A DNA stretch of 64,000 nt from Candidatus Acidiferrum sp. (GTDB taxonomy: Bacteria; Verrucomicrobiota; Verrucomicrobiia; Limisphaerales; UBA11358). Below, in pieces: positions 34,650 through 42,662 of this stretch. A program made the translations under genes and the position numbers. The first letter of the stretch is position 1. The number at the start of each line of letters is the position of its first letter. The stretch covers positions 5,393 to 69,392 of the forward strand of contig DATJOW010000095.1 of NCBI GenBank assembly GCA_035506715.1. The letters run 5' to 3'. The notes under the pieces were generated by a model. That model made no database searches. It was given only the letters and a program-made list of their open reading frames with translations, and was not told where the DNA came from.

Positions 34650-34733
34650 ATTGCCGGTTGCCGGTTGCCGATTGCCGATTGAGCGACGATGCGGGCGCAG
34701 CCAAAAATCCGCAATCCGCAATCCGCAATCCGC
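34650..34733. repeat. Paired inverted heptamer arrays ATTGCCG GTTGCCG GTTGCCG ATTGCCG / 28-nt spacer / (AATCCGC)x4, in frame inside the U32 gene
   Basis: 84 nt = 28 codons. Translates as DCRLPVADCRLSDDAGAAKNPQSAIRNPQ. The arms are complementary at 5-6 of 7 positions per unit. Confidence 0.8.
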
Positions 34734-34873
34734 AATTGATTGTTCTGGTCCGCAACCTGCCCCAACTCGAAGCCGCGCTGAAATGCGGGGTGACAACCGT
34801 CTATTGCGAATTTGAAGACCCCAAGAAATACCGCGACGCGGTCACGCTGTTCCACGCGGCCTTCGATCGCCAA

Positions 34874-34930
34874 GGTAGGCCGGGCGGTCCTCTGCCCGCC
34901 GGCGGCGCGCACGGAGTGACGCGCCCTACC
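34874..34930. repeat. REP-like nested palindrome (57 nt), in frame inside the U32 gene
   Basis: Outer stem GGTAGG/CCTACC. Inner hairpin GGCGCG-cacggagtga-CGCGCC plus an imperfect CCGGGCGG/CCCGCCGG hairpin. Translates as GRPGGPLPAGGAHGVTRPT. Confidence 0.65.
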
Positions 34931-35627
34931 ATCTGGGTTGCGCCTCCAAGAATTTTCAAGCCGGGCGAGGACTGGACGCTGGAACAGGTGCGCTCCGGCA
35001 ACGCCGATGGTTATTTAATCCGCAATTACGATCACTTGAAATTCTTCGCGAACGACCGGCGCGTCGGTGATTACTCGCTCAACATCGCCAACCGGCTGGC
35101 GGCGGATTATTTCAAGAACCCATGCGGCCTGGAGCGGGTGACGGCGAGCTACGATTTGAATTTCCAGCAGCTCGAAGCGTTGTTGACCGCCGCGCCGCCC
35201 GAGTGGTTCGAGGTGACCATCCACCAGCACATGCCGATGTTTCACATGGAGCATTGCGTGTTCTGCGCGTTCCTTTCCACCGGCACGGACTTCCGGAACT
35301 GCGGCCGCCCCTGCGACGTGCACGACGTGAAGCTGCGCGACCGCATGGGCGCGGAGCATCCGGTGAAGGCCGACGTCGGCTGCCGCAACACGGTGTTCAA
35401 CGCGCTGGCCCAGACCGGCGCGGAATATGTGTCGCGGATGATCGAACTGGGCGTGCGACATTTCCGCGTGGAATTCCTCAACGAAGCGCCGGAACAGGTG
35501 ATGCAAACCATTGCCAAGTATCATCAGCTATTGCGCGGTGAAATCACCGGCACGCAGCTCTGGCGCAAATTGAAACTGTTCAACCAGCTCGGCGTCACCC
35601 GGGGGCAAATCGGGAAGTAGAACAGGC

Positions 35628-36338
35628 TTACTGGTAGAAGTATCCCAACTCGCGCAGCGATGCGTAGTCCTTCGGCCGGTCCGGTGTGGCACGGCCGATG
35701 ATGATGTGGTCCAGCACCTCGATTTTCAAAAGCTGGCCGGCGCGGATTAAATCGCGCGTCACCTTGATGTCCGCCTCGCTGGGCGTGGGGTCGCCGCTGG
35801 GATGGTTGTGCACCAGCACAATGGCCGCCGCGTTGGCCGCGATGGCCGACCGGAACACCTCGCGCGGATGCACCAGGATGGTGTCGAGCGTGCCGTGCGA
35901 AATGTCCTCCACCCGGATCAGCCGCCGCCGCGTGTTCAACAGGAGCGCCTGGAAGGTTTCGACGCTTTTCACCAGGTTTTGCTCGCGCAGCAGCCGGACG
36001 ATGGCCTCCGGATTGTCGAGCACCGGCGATTCGCGCTGCAAATCCTTGGCCATCGCGCGGGCCAGCGCAAACGCGGCCACCAGCGTCACCGCCTTGTCGC
36101 GCCCGATGCCCTTGACGGTCTGCAAATCGTCCACCGAAGTTTGGGCCAATGACTGGAGAGTGCCGAATTTGTGGAGCAGTTGCCGGCCGATTTCGACGGC
36201 GTTGGCGCCTTTCAGGCCGGTGCGCAGCAGGATGGCGACCAGTTCGGCGTGCGTCAGAGCGTCCGGCCCGCGCTCGGCCAACCGTTCGCGCGGCCGTTCG
36301 CTCAGCGGCTGGTCCTTCAGTCGCAGCCCCTCTGACAT
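35628..36338 (-). CDS. radC: RadC-family JAB-domain protein
   Basis: N-terminal HhH region (ERLAERGPDALTHAELVAILLRTG) and the C-terminal JAMM motif LVHNHPSGDPTPSEAD. Confidence 0.9.
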   Translation of the reverse strand: MSEGLRLKDQPLSERPRERLAERGPDALTHAELVAILLRTGLKGANAVEIGRQLLHKFGTLQSLAQTSVDDLQTVKGIGRDKAVTLVAAFALARAMAKDLQRESPVLDNPEAIVRLLREQNLVKSVETFQALLLNTRRRLIRVEDISHGTLDTILVHPREVFRSAIAANAAAIVLVHNHPSGDPTPSEADIKVTRDLIRAGQLLKIEVLDHIIIGRATPDRPKDYASLRELGYFYQ

Positions 36339-36342
36339 GGTG

Positions 36343-36419
36343 ATTTACGATTTACGATTTACAATTTACGATTGCAACTCAATTTCAACGCCGCCCGTGT
36401 CAAGCGTCAATCGTAAATG
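36343..36419 (+). repeat. Second copy of the heptamer-array element: ATTTACG ATTTACG ATTTACA ATTTACG ATTGC, spacer, CGTCAAT CGTAAAT
   Basis: Shares (ATTTACG)n-ATTGC and the 12-mer TCAATCGTAAAT with 21621..21715. Its TAAATG contains the start of the AddA-like gene (36417). The left end begins 4 nt from the radC start codon. Confidence 0.8.
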
Positions 36420-39400
36420 GCATCATCGAACAAAGACAAAAACCCTCTGACCGAGGCGCAGCGGGAAGCCGTGAAAGCGCGCGGCAACGTGCTCGTCATG
36501 GCCGGCGCCGGCACCGGCAAAACCCACACTCTGGTCGAGCGCTGCCTGCATTGCCTTTGCGAGGAGCGGCCGCCCGCGTCGCTCGAGGAAATCGTCGTCG
36601 TTACCTTCACCGAAGCCGCCGCCGCCGAGATGCGCCAGCGCCTGCGCGAGCGGCTGGAGGAAAAACTCAAGGCGGAGCCCGACGAACCGCGCTGGGTGGA
36701 ACAGCTCACCCTCTTCGACACGGCCCACATTGGCACGCTCCACAGCTTCTGTCTTAAGCTCATCCGCGAACATTTCCATGCCCTCGGCCTCGATCCGCAG
36801 CTGGCCGTGCTCGACGAGGGTGAGGCCCGGCTGCTCGCCGAGGAAACGCTCGAAGCCGAATTGCAGGGCCACTACGCCGGCAAAAGCGAGCCGGCCAAAG
36901 CCGTTCAGCAATTGATCCAGGTTTACGGGGGCGGGCGTGACGAGGCCATCCGCCGGCTGGTCCTGCGACTGCACCACTACGCCCAAACCCGGCCCGATGC
37001 CGACGGCTGGCTGGCGCGGCAGATTGAAAAATTTTCGGTCCCTACCCCGGACGAGTGGCAAAAGTGGCTGCTCGCGGCGATTCAGGATTGGCGCGACGAA
37101 TGGCTGCCGGCTCTGGCAGCCCTTGGAACGCCGAACTCCAATTCGGCACGTTTCCGGGCGGATGACCTTCAAGGCGAACCGGAGTTCGGCGCTCCACCGG
37201 CAAACGAGAAAGCCGCCGAAATGGAGGGTGTTCTCCGGTTGTTGCCCGCTGATTTTTCGCGCGAAGCCGCCGCTGAAATTCTGGCGCAAATCATCGCCGC
37301 CGATGGTCAATGGCCGGCAAAACGCAAAACCGTCTTGCGCAAACCGCTGGCCGGCTTTTTTGATGACGCCCGTTTTCTCCTCTCCCTCGCGGCGGTTAAA
37401 AACGGCGCCGATCCGCTGGCTGAAGACTGGGCCCCGATCCGGAGCCACATGGACGCATTGCTGCGCCTGACTCAGGGGTTTGCCGCCCGGTTCGCGGCCC
37501 GCAAGCGCGAGGAGGGCGTCCTGGATTTCCACGACCTGGAACAATTCGCCCTGAAACTGCTCTGGGATTCTTCGACGGGCCGGCCGAGCGCCATCGCCGG
37601 CCGCTGGCGGGAAAAAATCCGGTTTGTCTTCGTGGACGAATACCAGGATATCAACGCCGCGCAGGATAAAATCATCCAAGCGTTGAGCCGGGAGGGATCC
37701 GCGGCGAATCGCTTCCTGGTTGGCGATGTGAAACAAAGCATTTACCGGTTCCGGCTGGCTGACCCGGAAATTTTCCGCACCTACGCTCAAACCTGGCGCG
37801 GCAAAAAGGGCCGGACCATCCCGCTCACCGAAAACTTTCGCAGCCGCGAGGGCTTGCTCGATTTCGTCAATGCGGTCTTCCAGCCGCTCCTGCGCGAGGA
37901 CATCGGCGGCATTGGCTATGACGCCGAGGCGCAATTGCAGTTTGGCGCGCCGCAGTCGCGCACTCCGCTTGGCACCGCCACCGATCCGGCGCCGCGCGCC
38001 GAATTGCTTCTGCGCCTCAAGTCCGGCCGCGATGACACGGCGTCGGGCGACAGCGATGGCGACGACGAACTCGCGGATTTGCTGGACACGGAGAAGGAGG
38101 CGCGCTGGCTGGCGCAGCGGCTGAAAGAATTGCACGAGGCCGGGCATAGAATTGTCTGGGACGAGAAACAACAGGTTTCCCGTCCAGCGGAATGGCGCGA
38201 CATGGCGGTGTTGTTGCGGGCGCCGGCCGGCAAAGCGGAAGTTTATGCGAAGGAATTCCAGGGCGCCGGGGTGCCGCTGGTCGTCGCGCGCGGCGGGTTC
38301 TATGACAGCAGCGAAATTCTGGATTTGCTGAGCCTGCTGCAATTGCTTGACAACCCTTTGCAGGACGTGCCGGTCATTGCGGTGCTGCGGTCGCCGCTGG
38401 TGGGGCTGTCGCTTGACGAGCTTGCTCAAATCCGGCTGGCGGCCAGGGGCCATTTCTGGACGGCGCTGAACCGAGCGCGGGTTGCGGATTGCGGATTACG
38501 GAAGGAAACGACGCACAAAATCGGAAAATTTCTGGAGCGGTTCCCGCGCTGGCGGCGACTGGCGCGGCAGGGATCGCTGTCACAGTGTCTGGAAAGCGTG
38601 CTGGGGGAAACGTTTTACGCCGACTGGCTGGCCGCCCGGCCGCGCGGAGCGCAGCGGCGGGCCAAGATTGAGCGCCTGCTGGCGCTGACGCAAAAGTTCG
38701 ATCAATTGCCGCGGCAGGGGCTGTTCCGCTTCCTGCAATTTATCGAAGCGCAGCGCGAGACCGGGGCTGAACCGGAGGTCGGCGCGGTTCCCGGCGAAGA
38801 TGCAGTGCGGCTGATGAGCATCCACCAGAGCAAGGGTTTGGAGTTCCCGATCGTCGCGCTGGCCGACCTCGCAAAACCGTTCAACACCCAGGAGCTTCGC
38901 AGTGAAATCATTTTGGATGGAACCTACGGCCTTTGCCCAATTGTCCAGTCCCGGAATCGGATGTCAGGTTATCCCAGCCTGCCGCACTGGCTGGCACGGT
39001 CGCATCAGCGCCGCGAACAATGGGGCGAGGAATTGCGCCTGCTCTACGTCGCCCTGACCCGAGCCCGCGATTTTCTCCTCCTGACCGGCACCGTTTCCAA
39101 AAAGAAAGGGGAGATGCTGGGGACCGGGTCCCCGCCCTTGACGACCCCCGCCATCCTCGCGGCCAACAGTTATGCTGACTGGCTCGGCTTATGGTTGGGC
39201 GGACAGCCGGCTCCAAATGGGATCGGCGGCAACTTGCCGTATTTGCGCTGGCGGCTGGCGGAGGATGCCGAATTGCTGGTGGAATCACCGGGAGCAGCGG
39301 TGGAATCAGGACCGCCGGCTTGGGACCCGCAAACCGGGCCGGCCCTGCAAAAGAGGCTGGCCTGGGATTATCCGTTCGCCGCAGCCACCCGCCGCGCGGC

Positions 39401-40067
39401 CAAGACCACCGTCACCACGTTGCGCCGGCAGGCGACCGAGGAACCGGAAGATGAGGCGGAGGCGCTGTTTCGGGTTTCTCGTTTTCCGCTTTCAGCCGGA
39501 CGGCGCGCCAAAAGAGGCTCGGCCACACAATTGAGCGCGGCTGACACCGGCACGGCTCACCATAAATTCCTGCAACACTTCGCGCTGGACGCCGCGTCAT
39601 CGGTCGCAGCGCTGGAGGCGGAGGCGAATCGTCTGGAACGGGCGAGGATCCTTTCGGCCGCCGAGGGTGCGGCCTTGAATTTGTCGGACATCGCGGCGTT
39701 CTGGAACTCGGACCCGGGAAAACGAATCCGCGCTCAAGCCACCCAGCTTCGGCGCGAACTGGCATTCACCGCGCGCTTCAGCCCGGCGGAACTGGAAACC
39801 GCCACCGGGGTGAAGGCGGCGCCCGGATTGGAGGACGAATTCGTCATCGTGCAAGGCGTGGCGGATCTCGTCACGCTGTTGCCGCAGGAAATCTGGCTGG
39901 TAGATTTTAAGACGGATGATATCCCGGCGGGGGAACTGGCGGGACGGGTTCAGGCCTATGCTCCGCAGCTGAGATTGTACGCGATGGCGCTGGAAAGAAT
40001 TTATGGACGGCCGGTTACGAACCGCTGGCTGCATTTTTTGGCCAGCCGCCGGACGGAGAAGATTTAA
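36417..40067 (+). CDS. UvrD/Rep-type helicase fused to a PD-(D/E)XK nuclease (AddA/PcrA-like)
   Basis: Walker A AGAGTGKT, motif II FVDEYQD, later helicase motifs (TIHQSKGLEF, YVALTRAR). C-terminal nuclease motif QGVADLV...IWLVDFKTD. 1216 aa. Confidence 0.85.
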   Translation: MASSNKDKNPLTEAQREAVKARGNVLVMAGAGTGKTHTLVERCLHCLCEERPPASLEEIVVVTFTEAAAAEMRQRLRERLEEKLKAEPDEPRWVEQLTLFDTAHIGTLHSFCLKLIREHFHALGLDPQLAVLDEGEARLLAEETLEAELQGHYAGKSEPAKAVQQLIQVYGGGRDEAIRRLVLRLHHYAQTRPDADGWLARQIEKFSVPTPDEWQKWLLAAIQDWRDEWLPALAALGTPNSNSARFRADDLQGEPEFGAPPANEKAAEMEGVLRLLPADFSREAAAEILAQIIAADGQWPAKRKTVLRKPLAGFFDDARFLLSLAAVKNGADPLAEDWAPIRSHMDALLRLTQGFAARFAARKREEGVLDFHDLEQFALKLLWDSSTGRPSAIAGRWREKIRFVFVDEYQDINAAQDKIIQALSREGSAANRFLVGDVKQSIYRFRLADPEIFRTYAQTWRGKKGRTIPLTENFRSREGLLDFVNAVFQPLLREDIGGIGYDAEAQLQFGAPQSRTPLGTATDPAPRAELLLRLKSGRDDTASGDSDGDDELADLLDTEKEARWLAQRLKELHEAGHRIVWDEKQQVSRPAEWRDMAVLLRAPAGKAEVYAKEFQGAGVPLVVARGGFYDSSEILDLLSLLQLLDNPLQDVPVIAVLRSPLVGLSLDELAQIRLAARGHFWTALNRARVADCGLRKETTHKIGKFLERFPRWRRLARQGSLSQCLESVLGETFYADWLAARPRGAQRRAKIERLLALTQKFDQLPRQGLFRFLQFIEAQRETGAEPEVGAVPGEDAVRLMSIHQSKGLEFPIVALADLAKPFNTQELRSEIILDGTYGLCPIVQSRNRMSGYPSLPHWLARSHQRREQWGEELRLLYVALTRARDFLLLTGTVSKKKGEMLGTGSPPLTTPAILAANSYADWLGLWLGGQPAPNGIGGNLPYLRWRLAEDAELLVESPGAAVESGPPAWDPQTGPALQKRLAWDYPFAAATRRAAKTTVTTLRRQATEEPEDEAEALFRVSRFPLSAGRRAKRGSATQLSAADTGTAHHKFLQHFALDAASSVAALEAEANRLERARILSAAEGAALNLSDIAAFWNSDPGKRIRAQATQLRRELAFTARFSPAELETATGVKAAPGLEDEFVIVQGVADLVTLLPQEIWLVDFKTDDIPAGELAGRVQAYAPQLRLYAMALERIYGRPVTNRWLHFLASRRTEKI
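37129..37191. repeat. 63-nt palindromic segment in frame inside the helicase gene
   Basis: 11-nt perfect inverted termini CGCCGAACTCC / GGAGTTCGGCG. Terminal mini-hairpins CCGAA..TTCGG and CGAAC-cgga-GTTCG. Encodes the low-complexity stretch PNSNSARFRADDLQGEPEFG. Confidence 0.5.
38481..38501. repeat. Heptamer tandem array GTTGCGG ATTGCGG ATTACGG inside the helicase gene
   Basis: Read directly. Same unit family as 33823 and the reverse complement of 34706-34733. Confidence 0.6.
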
Positions 40068-40999
40068 CCGGGTGATTCCAGGGCAAACTCGTCTCCGGCT
40101 TCGGCCGGGGCCGGCGCGGCGGTTTTTTCCACCGGCTTGTCAGACGGTTTCTCCGCTGCTTTTTTAACCGGTGCGGAGGAGGCGGCGGGGGCCTTTTCGC
40201 CGTGGGGTTTGGCTGGCGCCGCCGCATCGCGCAATCGTACCAGCGCCGGGCGCAACGGCTGGCCTTGAAACGTGTATCCGCAACCAACCGTTTCCGCCAC
40301 CACCGCGCCGGCCGCCGGCACCTGTCCATCCACGGCTTTTTGATGCTCGGCATTGAAAGGCTCACCGGCCGCGACGACAAACGGCACGAGCCCGAGCCGA
40401 CGGGACACATCGCGGCAGGCGTTCTGGAAATTGGTGACCGGGGTGGTGAACTTGGCATCGCCGGACCGTGCGGCAGCCGTGTGCAAGGCATAAACGTGGT
40501 CGAGGATGGTCACCAGCACCTGCAGCCACTCGACCTCGCCGCGCCGCAGTTTCTCCACTTCCAACTTGAGGCTGGCTTTCTCGGTGTCGTTCATTTTCTT
40601 CATGAAATCGCTGAACTCAATGACCTCATTGGTCATGCGGTCGGCGATGGCCTTGGCCGCCACAGTGGTCTTTTCCGCCTGGCCGCGGATGGATTCTTCC
40701 GCCGCCGTCCAGTGATTGGTCGCCGAGGAAATCTGCGCGGCGAGCTTTTCGAGATTTTGAATCTTGTCGGCGATGGCGCCGAGGGCGTTCACTTCGAGGG
40801 CTTTGCCCATGGCGCGGTAATCAAGGAGGTACGGGATGACGCTCAGCGCGGCGCCCAGGACCACGCAGCCGGTGGCGAGGAAGGCCCAATGACCGGGAAG
40901 CGGCGAATGATTGACGATGACAAAACCGAAGACCAGCAGCAGTACGCCCCCGACCAGAAACGGCCACTTGGGGATCTGCCAATTCGTGGTGTCGTTCAT
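40064..40999 (-). CDS. Membrane-anchored coiled-coil protein with a GrpE-like C-terminal domain
   Basis: Two N-terminal TM helices and a central helical region. The stretch ...LQVLVTILDHVYAL...RRLGLVPFVVAAGEPFNAEHQKAV...GAVVAETVGCGYTFQGQPLRPALVRL parallels the GrpE dimerisation/beta-domain pattern (FDPxxHeAv ... GYxlxxrvlRpAxV). A Pro/Ala/Lys-rich tail follows. Confidence 0.55.
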   Translation of the reverse strand: MNDTTNWQIPKWPFLVGGVLLLVFGFVIVNHSPLPGHWAFLATGCVVLGAALSVIPYLLDYRAMGKALEVNALGAIADKIQNLEKLAAQISSATNHWTAAEESIRGQAEKTTVAAKAIADRMTNEVIEFSDFMKKMNDTEKASLKLEVEKLRRGEVEWLQVLVTILDHVYALHTAAARSGDAKFTTPVTNFQNACRDVSRRLGLVPFVVAAGEPFNAEHQKAVDGQVPAAGAVVAETVGCGYTFQGQPLRPALVRLRDAAAPAKPHGEKAPAASSAPVKKAAEKPSDKPVEKTAAPAPAEAGDEFALESPG

Positions 41000-41089
41000 G
41001 CCGCCAGTTTCGGCAAAACCGGCGGCGAGTCAAGCAAACGCCTTGCTTTCTCCTCGACGAACGCCTTGCCGGTCACGAATCATTCGCCG

Positions 41090-41980
41090 GTGCGCATCTG
41101 CGTGATTTTCAACCCGGCGGCCCGCGGCAACAAGGCCCGGCGGTTCCGCCGCGAACTGGATGCCATCGGCACGCACTGCGCGCTGAAGGCGACGGCCGCC
41201 GCCGGGGACGCCCGCCGGCTGGCGGCGGAGGCGGTGCAGGAAGGATTCGACCTGGTTGTGGCCGCCGGCGGCGACGGAACGGTGAACGAGGTGCTCAACG
41301 GCCTCGGCGATGTCCCGGACGGGTTCGCGCGGGCGCGCCTGGGGGTGCTGCCGCTCGGCACCGTCAACGTTTTTGCGCGCGAACTCAATCTGCCCTGCCG
41401 CATCGACCGGGCCTGGGCGGTTTTGCGGCGCGGCCGCGAAATGGTGATGGATCGGCCGAGCGCCGAATTCAACGACCGCGGCGTGCGACGAAAACAGTAT
41501 TTCGCCCAGCTCGCCGGGGCTGGGTTGGACGCCCGCGCCATTGAATTGGTGAACTGGGAACACAAAAAGAAGGTCGGGGCGCTCGCTTACTTTCTCGCCG
41601 GGGTGAAGGCGCTGCGGGAATCCAAATCCAAAATTATCGTCCTAGCGGATGGGCGGAAAGTCGCGGGTGAACTCGTTTTGATCGGCAATGGTCGGTTATA
41701 CGCCGGCCCGTTCGGGGTCTTTCCGGCGGCGGATTTGCGCGATGGGGCGCTGGATGTGTGCGTCTTTCCGCGAGTCAACTGGCTGACGTTTTTGCGCTGC
41801 GCTCCCGGCTTGCTCCTGCGCCACAAATTGCCCGAGGGGGTCGTGCACCGGTTGCATGCGACCACGTTCGAGCTGGCAGGGGAACCGCCGGCGGCCTTTG
41901 AACTGGACGGCGAGTGGGCGGGCCGCCTGCCGGTGACTTTTTCCGTCGAACGTGAAAAGTTGCGCGTGATCGTGCCTTAG
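41090..41980 (+). CDS. Diacylglycerol/lipid kinase family protein (YegS/DagK-like)
   Basis: ICVIFNPAARG..., AAGGDGTVNEVLNG, LGVLPLGTVNVFAREL. The start is uncertain (GTG 41090 or TTG 41066); the long upstream part of ORF 40202..41980 is antisense shadow. Confidence 0.8.
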   Translation: MRICVIFNPAARGNKARRFRRELDAIGTHCALKATAAAGDARRLAAEAVQEGFDLVVAAGGDGTVNEVLNGLGDVPDGFARARLGVLPLGTVNVFARELNLPCRIDRAWAVLRRGREMVMDRPSAEFNDRGVRRKQYFAQLAGAGLDARAIELVNWEHKKKVGALAYFLAGVKALRESKSKIIVLADGRKVAGELVLIGNGRLYAGPFGVFPAADLRDGALDVCVFPRVNWLTFLRCAPGLLLRHKLPEGVVHRLHATTFELAGEPPAAFELDGEWAGRLPVTFSVEREKLRVIVP

Positions 41981-42026
41981 GCGTCAACACGAAGCGGAGC
42001 ACGGGGGCGCGTCCAAGGACCAGAGT

Positions 42027-42395
42027 CTAGTCCCAGACGCGGAACGGCAGAGCCGCCAATTCCAAAAAGGTTCCGCACTTCGGGCATTTGTCCGGCGGCC
42101 GCCAGGGGCGGACGCGATGGCCGGGAGCAACGGGGCAGGCGGGTTTGTATTTCAGCCAAGAACGCACGCCGCGGGGCGGCAGGCGATTTGACAGCGCGGT
42201 GAAGGCGGGTGCGTGCAACGGCGGATTGTTCTTCTGCCGCAGCGAAGGTTTAAATTTGATGACGGCGTCGTAGAGTGCCTTGCAGTCGCTGCACGCGATG
42301 GTTAGCACGGCGAACTGCAGGCCCTCCTCCGCGCCGCCGGCAACCTGGGCGTGGAAACCGCACTTGGCGCATTCGAACAAATGGGTACGGCCCAT
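42027..42395 (-). CDS. Small zinc-ribbon protein, unknown function
   Basis: CxxC pairs ECAKCG ... CSDCK and a C-terminal CPVAPGH...CPKCG. 122 aa. Confidence 0.5.
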   Translation of the reverse strand: MGRTHLFECAKCGFHAQVAGGAEEGLQFAVLTIACSDCKALYDAVIKFKPSLRQKNNPPLHAPAFTALSNRLPPRGVRSWLKYKPACPVAPGHRVRPWRPPDKCPKCGTFLELAALPFRVWD

Positions 42396-42532
42396 AGTTG
42401 ATGAATCCCAGTAAACGATTCTCCCGATGGAAAAGCCAGCCGGAAACCCGGGGCCCGCACCGATCAGCCGCGCAGCTGGAGCCGCGCAATTGCCTCATGG
42501 GCGGACATCACCGAGCCAATTTTGAAGGCCAT

Positions 42533-42550
42533 TTTAATCCAAGATTAAAT
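42533..42550 (+). promoter_or_regulatory. Variant/half copy of the TTTAATC cis-motif (site 1)
   Basis: TTTAATCcaagATTAAAT. It contains the palindrome TTAATC-caa-GATTAA (42534-42548) and lies 112 nt upstream of lipoprotein P1. Confidence 0.3.
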
Positions 42551-42662
42551 TCCCTTCAGAAACTTTACTTGGCCCAGGTTCAGGCAGAAGTATGCCTTGA
42601 GTGAACGCCTGCGCCCCCGCGTCCACGTATGGGCGATGGCAGGTGCGGGGCGCGGTAGAGAG

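Larger units (their letters stand above)
32889..35620 (+). pseudogene. U32-family peptidase, long form, split into two overlapping ORFs (32889..34010 and 33896..35620) by a frameshift inside a heptamer array
   Basis: ORF1 carries the U32 core up to ...LKIEGRLKSPEYVANITRIYRQALD, then reads nonsense. ORF2 opens with MEMAFSRGLHTGWFGG, the expected continuation of the U32 domain. The frame change falls at the (CCGAAAT)x3 array 33870-33890. Confidence 0.7.
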
